From: Chthonomonadales bacterium
GTDB lineage: Bacteria; Armatimonadota; Chthonomonadetes; Chthonomonadales; Chthonomonadaceae
Reading direction: 5' to 3'
NCBI GenBank assembly: GCA_038217285.1
Contig: JBBQPO010000187.1
Span: 1 to 12,112 of the forward strand
Length of the DNA stretch: 12,112 nucleotides
Position 1 is the stretch's first letter; every line of letters begins with the position of its first letter. The notes beneath the pieces were generated by a model that did not search any database, was not told the origin of the DNA, and saw only the letters and a program-made list of their open reading frames with translations. This document shows, one piece after another, positions 6,816-12,112 of the stretch. The position numbers were made by a program, and so were the translations under genes.

Positions 6816-7952
6816 TCACGGTAGGACGGCACGGTAGACCTCGGCGTACTGCTCGGCGATTTTGGCCCAGTCGTAGTTCTGCACATAGCGGCTGCCCGCC
6901 GCCGCCAGCCGCTCGCGCAGCGCCGTGTCCTCTTCCAGGCGCCGCAGCGCCAGGCTCAGAGCCTCCACATCGTCGCCGGGGACCAGCAGGCCCGTCTCTT
7001 CGTGACGCACATTTTCCGGGACGCCGCCCACTTCCGAGGCGACGATCGCCTTGCCCGCCGCCATCGCCTCGAACAGTACGATCCCCATCGGCTCCATGCG
7101 TGAGGGCAGGACGAAGAAGGAGCAGCCGTTGAAGTAGGCGACCGCGCCGGCGCGATCCGCGCGCCCCGGAAGAGAGACTCGGTCGGCCAGCCCTAGTTCG
7201 GTGATGAGGCGCTTCAGATCCGCCTCTTCCGAGCCTTCGCCGACCAGAATCAGGTCGTGCGAGGTGATACCGGACTGCGCGTAGGCGCGCACCAGGACAT
7301 CGAACCCCTTCTGCGGCACCAGTCGCCCGATGCCCAGAATGTAGGGGCGCGGGTGACGGTGCGTTTCGCCCTGCGTGAAATCCGACAGCGTGACACCGTT
7401 CATGATCACACGCGCGCGGTCGCCGAACGGCGTTCCATAGAACTCTTCGGCGTCCCGGAGCGTCTGCGCGGAGCAGGCGGTGATAGCGTCCGCTTCCGTC
7501 AGCGCCCTGCGCATGAGGCTCTGCGCGAACAGCGAGTTCTGAAACACCTGAGAAGCGTCCATGGTCAATTCGCCCTGCAGGGAGATCACCAGCGGGATCC
7601 GCAGCATCTTTTTCGCCCAGAGCGCATAGTAGGCGTTGGAGCTGACGCACTGCACATGCAGCAGGTCAGCCCCATGCGCCCGCACAGCGCTGCACAGCGA
7701 CCAGAGCGTAGCCGGTCCGAAGAGGATAGCGCCGCCCATCTGCTTCCAGGTCTTCTCCGGCACCCGGAAATTGTAACGACGCAGCGGCATACCCTCGAAC
7801 ACCTCCTCGGCGGGAAGGCTCTTGGGCCAACGATTCGTGATAATGAGCGGCATCGCATTGCGCAGCCGCTCCTGATGCGCCAGTTGCCGCACCAGTTCCT
7901 CCACTCCGCCGACATGCGGGTAGAATCGACTGGCCAAAAGAGCGATCTTCAT
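6816..7952 (-). CDS. Family 4 glycosyltransferase (378 aa)
   Basis: MKIALL-FYPHVGGVE, VIMNGV, IGRLVPQKGFDVLV, VLPSRMEPMGIVLFEAMAAGKAIVASEVGGVPE and YDW. GGAGA 8 nt upstream of the ATG. Confidence 0.95.
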   Translation of the reverse strand: MKIALLASRFYPHVGGVEELVRQLAHQERLRNAMPLIITNRWPKSLPAEEVFEGMPLRRYNFRVPEKTWKQMGGAILFGPATLWSLCSAVRAHGADLLHVQCVSSNAYYALWAKKMLRIPLVISLQGELTMDASQVFQNSLFAQSLMRRALTEADAITACSAQTLRDAEEFYGTPFGDRARVIMNGVTLSDFTQGETHRHPRPYILGIGRLVPQKGFDVLVRAYAQSGITSHDLILVGEGSEEADLKRLITELGLADRVSLPGRADRAGAVAYFNGCSFFVLPSRMEPMGIVLFEAMAAGKAIVASEVGGVPENVRHEETGLLVPGDDVEALSLALRRLEEDTALRERLAAAGSRYVQNYDWAKIAEQYAEVYRAVLP

Positions 7953-7982
7953 GCAATGATTCTCCAGCGAGCCTTCGGGATA

Positions 7983-9029
7983 TTAGCGGGCGGCGGTCGC
8001 GGGCGGCGTCGACGCCGGTTCTCCGCGGTAGAGCGCCAGATACTCGGAACAGACATGTTCCCAACTGAAATCCTGCGCCCGCTTCAGACCTGCCTCCCGC
8101 ATGGTCTGACGCAGGTCGCGGTCCGTCAACAGGCGTACGATCTCGGAGGCGAGGTCGGCGTCCGGCACCACCATTCCGCTTTTGCCCTCCTGCAGCACCT
8201 CGCGTGCTCCCACGTTCGGAGAGGCCACCACGGGAGTGCCGGAGGCGATCGCTTCGATATAGGGGACGCCGAAACCTTCGTAGGTGCTGGGCAGACAGAA
8301 TACCCAGGCGCGACGAAATAGATCGGTGAGCTGCTCGGTTGGGACGCGGCCGAACCACCGTACGCCGTCGCCCTCGACCGGATTCTCGCAGACCGCCCAG
8401 AACTCGGCGTCCGGCACCTGCGGTCGGATCTGCGTCTTAAAGAGATCCAGCAGCATCTGGCCGCGTTTGCGCCCGTGCATCGTTCCGACGAAGAGGAGTG
8501 AGGGCTTTTCCGACTTCTCTTCCGTGGGATGAAACGTTTCCAGGTTGACCCCGTTGGGGATCACATGATGGATACGGGGAATATAGCGGCGCGTGTTCTC
8601 GGAGACAGCGACGTTCTCATCCGCCAGAAACGTAGCGTTCATCTCCGCGAGCGCGAGCATTCCCATACGCGCCCTCTCTTTGACGCCTTTGATGTTCAGC
8701 ATCTCCGCAAGACAGGAGCCGTGGTAGGTATGGATATGGCGCGGGCGCTTGCGGCCCCACAGGAACCAGTCGTCGCCATGCGCGTTCAGAACATCGAATC
8801 CGCTGAAATCTACCTGACGCAGGTTCCAGGCGAAGCCGAATGTCCGCATTTTGCTGCCGGAGGGCACGACGACCGTCTTGTAGAGGGAGCCGTCGGAAGG
8901 GCCGCACTGGCTGAACACGGTGACCTCATGCCCCCGCTGGACCAGTTCGTTCGACAGGTAGTGAACGACATAGCCGACGCCGATTTTGCTGCCGCTCGGC
9001 AGATAGAGCGAGGTGATCGCGATATTCAT
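7983..9029 (-). CDS. Family 4 glycosyltransferase (348 aa)
   Basis: MNIAIT, RGHEVTVF, VIPNGVNL, LLFVGT-RKRG, LPSTYEGFGVPYIEAIASGTPVVAS and FSWE. ATGA overlap with hddA and a purine-rich GGAGGGAG upstream. Confidence 0.95.
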   Translation of the reverse strand: MNIAITSLYLPSGSKIGVGYVVHYLSNELVQRGHEVTVFSQCGPSDGSLYKTVVVPSGSKMRTFGFAWNLRQVDFSGFDVLNAHGDDWFLWGRKRPRHIHTYHGSCLAEMLNIKGVKERARMGMLALAEMNATFLADENVAVSENTRRYIPRIHHVIPNGVNLETFHPTEEKSEKPSLLFVGTMHGRKRGQMLLDLFKTQIRPQVPDAEFWAVCENPVEGDGVRWFGRVPTEQLTDLFRRAWVFCLPSTYEGFGVPYIEAIASGTPVVASPNVGAREVLQEGKSGMVVPDADLASEIVRLLTDRDLRQTMREAGLKRAQDFSWEHVCSEYLALYRGEPASTPPATAAR

Positions 9030-10024
9030 ACCGATCCGTCTCCCTCCTCGACGAAGATGATCTTGCTGCCCTGCGGTTCGAACCGAAACGGCATCGGCTC
9101 CAGTTCCGGGAGAGAAGCCCTGATGGCGGCATGATGTTCCGGATGCGCGTAGAGCAGCAGAAATCCGCCGCCGCCCGCGCCCAGAATTTTGCCGCCGAGC
9201 GCGCCGTGGCGGCGGGCGCGGGCGTACCAGTCGTCGATCTGCCCGCTGCTGATGCCGGAGGCCATTCCGCGTTTCAGCAGCCAGGCTTCGTGCAGTATCT
9301 CGCCAAAGGCGTCCAGATCGTCTTTTCCCAGAACGACGCGCAGATCCTGGGCCATCCGGGTCATCCGGCGCAGGGTGTCGCGCTTGCCCTGATCGCCCTG
9401 TGTGTTGCTCTTCTGCTCCTCCAAGATCGTATCGGCGGAGCGTGTGATGCCGGTATAGAGCATCATCAGGCGGCTCTGCAGCGTTCGCCTGGTTTCGGGC
9501 TTACAGAGAATCGGGTCGGTGAAGACGGTCCCGTCCGGATTGAACTGAATATACTGAAGGCCCCCGAAGCCCGCGATGTACTGATCCTGTTTGCCGATCG
9601 GCTTGCCGCAGATCTCGATTTCGAGGTGCGAAGCCTCCCGTGCCAGACGCTCCGCGCCGACATGCCGCCCGCAGTAAGCGTAGAGCGCATTGAGCAGTCC
9701 CACCGTGAAGGTGCTGGAGGAGCCGAGGCCGGTGCCGTAGGAGTGGACATCCGAAATCGACGTGATCTCCACGCCGGTCGTCACGCCGACCATCTGCATC
9801 GCCTCGCGAATCAGCTCATGCTTGAGCTCCCCAACCGTATCGACGATCTCCGTCACGGAGTAGCTGGCGCGGATCTTGTGGTCGAACTTCTTATTGACGT
9901 TGATATAGATATACTTGTCGATCGCGGTGCTGACCACCGCGCCGGGTTCCTGGGTGTAGAACGCGGGCAGATCGCTGCCACCGCCAGCAAAGCTGACGCG
10001 TAAGGGGGTGCGCGAGATGATCAT
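9026..10024 (-). CDS. hddA: GHMP kinase, D-glycero-alpha-D-manno-heptose 7-phosphate kinase (332 aa)
   Basis: MIISRTPLRVSFAGGGSD, GTGLGSSS (GHMP P-loop), IGKQDQYIAGFGG and GGKILGAGGGGFLL. Start moved from 10237 to ATG 10024, which has GGAGA upstream and gives the family N-terminus. Confidence 0.9.
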   Translation of the reverse strand: MIISRTPLRVSFAGGGSDLPAFYTQEPGAVVSTAIDKYIYINVNKKFDHKIRASYSVTEIVDTVGELKHELIREAMQMVGVTTGVEITSISDVHSYGTGLGSSSTFTVGLLNALYAYCGRHVGAERLAREASHLEIEICGKPIGKQDQYIAGFGGLQYIQFNPDGTVFTDPILCKPETRRTLQSRLMMLYTGITRSADTILEEQKSNTQGDQGKRDTLRRMTRMAQDLRVVLGKDDLDAFGEILHEAWLLKRGMASGISSGQIDDWYARARRHGALGGKILGAGGGGFLLLYAHPEHHAAIRASLPELEPMPFRFEPQGSKIIFVEEGDGSV

Positions 10025-10058
10025 GCTGCGTCTCCGCGCGGGTACACTGCCGGGCGGG

Positions 10059-11321
10059 TCATGAGGCAGCGTTCTCCACCAGCAGGCGCGGAGGCGCTGC
10101 TTCTTCCAGCGGTAGATCTTCGATTTCGAAAGCCGGATAGTAGGCCGCGTTCTGGGCACAGTCGTTACGGCGGGCAGGATAGGGCAGAATGGGAGCGATG
10201 GTGATCTCCGCGCCCCCTTCCAGGCGATCGAGGACACCGCCGATGCAGCAGATGAAGGCCGAAATTCGATACTCTCCCTGCGCCAGACGAGATTCGCGTA
10301 TGGTCAGGCGGAGACGGCGCAGATCGGCGCGGTCGAACTCCCTATCGAGCAGACGGGAGTCGAGATGGAGGATCGGCAGGCCGTAACCGTTCTGTACCTC
10401 GACCGAAATAAAATAGCCGGGCTGCCCATTGGTAAGCTGGGCGATCTCCATATCGATATGAATATCGTCGGTGCTGAGATAGGTGCCTTTGTCCGTTGTA
10501 AAGCCTGTAAAGCGGAACTCACCGCTGCCGGGCCGTTTGATCGAGAGCGCCTCAAGCTGCGGGGCCTGCCGACCGCTCATATAGTGCTGAATGGTGGTCG
10601 GGACGTCCCCGATATAGGCGATGCGCCCCTTCTCCAGAAAGATACCGGAGGAGCACAGGGCGTTGATGGCCTGCATCTGGTGGCTCACGAAGAGCACGGT
10701 GCGTCCACTGTTGGCGACGTCTTTCATCGCTCCCAGGCATTTCTTCTGAAACTCGGCATCCCCCACAGCCAGCACCTCATCGACGATGAGGATCTCCGGG
10801 TTCAGGTGGGCGGCGACGGCGAAAGCCAGCCGCACATACATGCCGCTGCTATAGCGTTTTACGGGCGTATCCAGAAACTGCTCGACGCCCGCGAAAGCGA
10901 CGATTGCGTCGAACTGTCGCTCGATCTCTCGGCGCGTCATGCCCAGAATAGCGCCGTTCAGAAAGATGTTCTCCCTGCCGGTCAGCTCGGGATGAAATCC
11001 GGTTCCGACTTCGAGTAGGCTGCCCAGGCGACCATAGAGTTCGATCATCCCGGTAGTCGGCTCCGTAATGCGGCTGAGCAGTTTGAGCAGGGTGCTCTTG
11101 CCCGCGCCGTTGCGCCCGATCACGCCGACGACTTCGCCCTTATGCACCTCGAAGTCGATATCTTGGAGCGCCCAGAATGTCTCTTTCGAGGGGCGTTCCA
11201 GCGGATGACGCACCCGGTGCATCAAGGCTTCGATGGAGGTCGTATGTTGCGGAGCGTTGTGCGCGATGGTATACGACTTCGACACCCCCCGTACTGCAAT
11301 GGCGAGGTCGCTAGATGACAT
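10059..11321 (-). CDS. wzt: Polysaccharide ABC exporter ATP-binding subunit with ~170-aa C-terminal extension (420 aa)
   Basis: FWALQDIDF, Walker A GRNGAGKST, LLEVGTGFHPELTGRENI, signature YSSGMYVRLAF, Walker B ILIVDEVLAVGD and VSH. Start at ATG 11321, overlapping wzm by 11 nt, with GAAAGGAAG upstream. Confidence 0.96.
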   Translation of the reverse strand: MSSSDLAIAVRGVSKSYTIAHNAPQHTTSIEALMHRVRHPLERPSKETFWALQDIDFEVHKGEVVGVIGRNGAGKSTLLKLLSRITEPTTGMIELYGRLGSLLEVGTGFHPELTGRENIFLNGAILGMTRREIERQFDAIVAFAGVEQFLDTPVKRYSSGMYVRLAFAVAAHLNPEILIVDEVLAVGDAEFQKKCLGAMKDVANSGRTVLFVSHQMQAINALCSSGIFLEKGRIAYIGDVPTTIQHYMSGRQAPQLEALSIKRPGSGEFRFTGFTTDKGTYLSTDDIHIDMEIAQLTNGQPGYFISVEVQNGYGLPILHLDSRLLDREFDRADLRRLRLTIRESRLAQGEYRISAFICCIGGVLDRLEGGAEITIAPILPYPARRNDCAQNAAYYPAFEIEDLPLEEAAPPRLLVENAAS

Positions 11322-12112
11322 CGGCAAACTTCCTTTCCATCTTTTTGAAGCCGAAGGCTCCCCACACAAAGACACCGCAGGCGCAGAACGCCGCATAGAT
11401 CACCCAGTTCCAGGAGGGGGACGGGGCGCTGCTGCCAAGCAAGGACCAGCGCAGTCCTTCCAGCAGGGATGCCAGCGGGTTCAGCATGTAGAGGGAATGA
11501 TATTGCGGGGGCAGCTTCTGCATGACCATAACGACAGAGTAAGCGACCGGACTGCCATACTGCAAGAAAGAGGTCAGTACCGGCAAAATATACTGCACGT
11601 CACGGTAGCTGACCATCATTGCGGCAGCCAGCATACCGATGCCCATCGCCATCATCAACATGAGCAGCATCCACAAAGGCAGGGTCAGGATCGCCAGGGT
11701 CGGCATAATATGGTTGACTGCCATCAGCAAAAACATCATCGCCAGCGCGACCCCAAAGTCGATCAGCGTGGAAAAGACGGTCGAAATGGGCAGGACCAGT
11801 CGGGGGAAGAAGACCTTAGAAACAAGTTGCGCATTCCCGACCAGACAGGAGCTTGACTTGTTGAGCGTACTGCTGAACGCCTGCCAGCCCAGCAAGCCCG
11901 CATAGGAGAAGACGAAATAAGGGATGACGCCGGGACTTTTCAGTCCTGCAACTTTCCCGAAAACGAAGGAGAAAATACCGGCGGCGATCAGAGGTTGCAG
12001 CACGACCCAGACAACGCCGAGTGCGGTCTGTCGGTAACGCAGTTTCACGTCGCGCCCGGCCAGGGTGATCAAAAGATCCCGAAACTGCCAGATTTCCCGC
12101 AGGTTTAGAGCG
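11311..12112 (-). CDS. wzm: Polysaccharide ABC exporter permease (ABC-2 type), 5' end outside the window
   Basis: Frame stays open to the edge (ALNLREIWQFRDLLITLAGRDVKLRYRQTALGVVW). Also LVSKVFFPRLVLP, YRDVQY, LNPLASLLEGLRWSLLG, FKKMERKFADVI and about six hydrophobic segments. Adjacent to wzt. Confidence 0.96.
   Translation of the reverse strand, partial: ALNLREIWQFRDLLITLAGRDVKLRYRQTALGVVWVVLQPLIAAGIFSFVFGKVAGLKSPGVIPYFVFSYAGLLGWQAFSSTLNKSSSCLVGNAQLVSKVFFPRLVLPISTVFSTLIDFGVALAMMFLLMAVNHIMPTLAILTLPLWMLLMLMMAMGIGMLAAAMMVSYRDVQYILPVLTSFLQYGSPVAYSVVMVMQKLPPQYHSLYMLNPLASLLEGLRWSLLGSSAPSPSWNWVIYAAFCACGVFVWGAFGFKKMERKFADVI

Noticed and set aside
7257..8321. 354-aa plus-strand ORF spanning two GT4 genes
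   Set aside because: Antisense shadow with Arg/His/Gln-rich composition. It crosses the junction only because the two genes share a frame.
6778..8358. Alternative-frame minus-strand ORFs of 290 and 230 aa, suggesting frameshifting or overprinting
   Set aside because: Arg/Gly/Ala-rich off-frame reads. The GT4 frames are complete and I saw no slippery site.
3726..10024. ADP-heptose / LPS inner-core locus
   Set aside because: The kinase is GHMP-type rather than PfkB/HldE, the transferase lacks an HIGH-type motif, and no hldD or GT9 is present.
9131..11856. Plus-strand ORFs 9131..10003, 10365..11018 and 11233..11856
   Set aside because: Antisense to hddA, wzt and wzm, with no motifs.
292..12112. 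Phase-variable simple-sequence tracts in the GT genes
   Set aside because: I saw no homopolymer or short-unit tract long enough, and all frames are intact.

Overview
Positions 292-12112 hold the 3' part of a tightly coupled minus-strand surface-glycan operon of 12 genes. In transcription order: wzm (cut by the right edge), wzt with a C-terminal extension, hddA, three GT4-type glycosyltransferases, gmhA-hddC-gmhB, another GT4, a GT2 and a TuaH-like GT-B enzyme. Together they give the four-step GDP-D-glycero-alpha-D-manno-heptose pathway, six transferases and an ABC exporter, with no GT9 or HldE in view. The first ~213 bp are not part of the operon. They contain a 23-bp-period repeat array ending in TGCGCA (40-140) that looks like an IS21-family terminus. 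It abuts a short frame and end motif (141-213) resembling the 3' end of an IS66-family element, so this is probably a nested insertion. All family calls come from motif recognition, not database searches. I found no wholly new system. The best leads are an unidentified GDP-heptose transferase, a GmhA with altered active-site residues and the nested IS.
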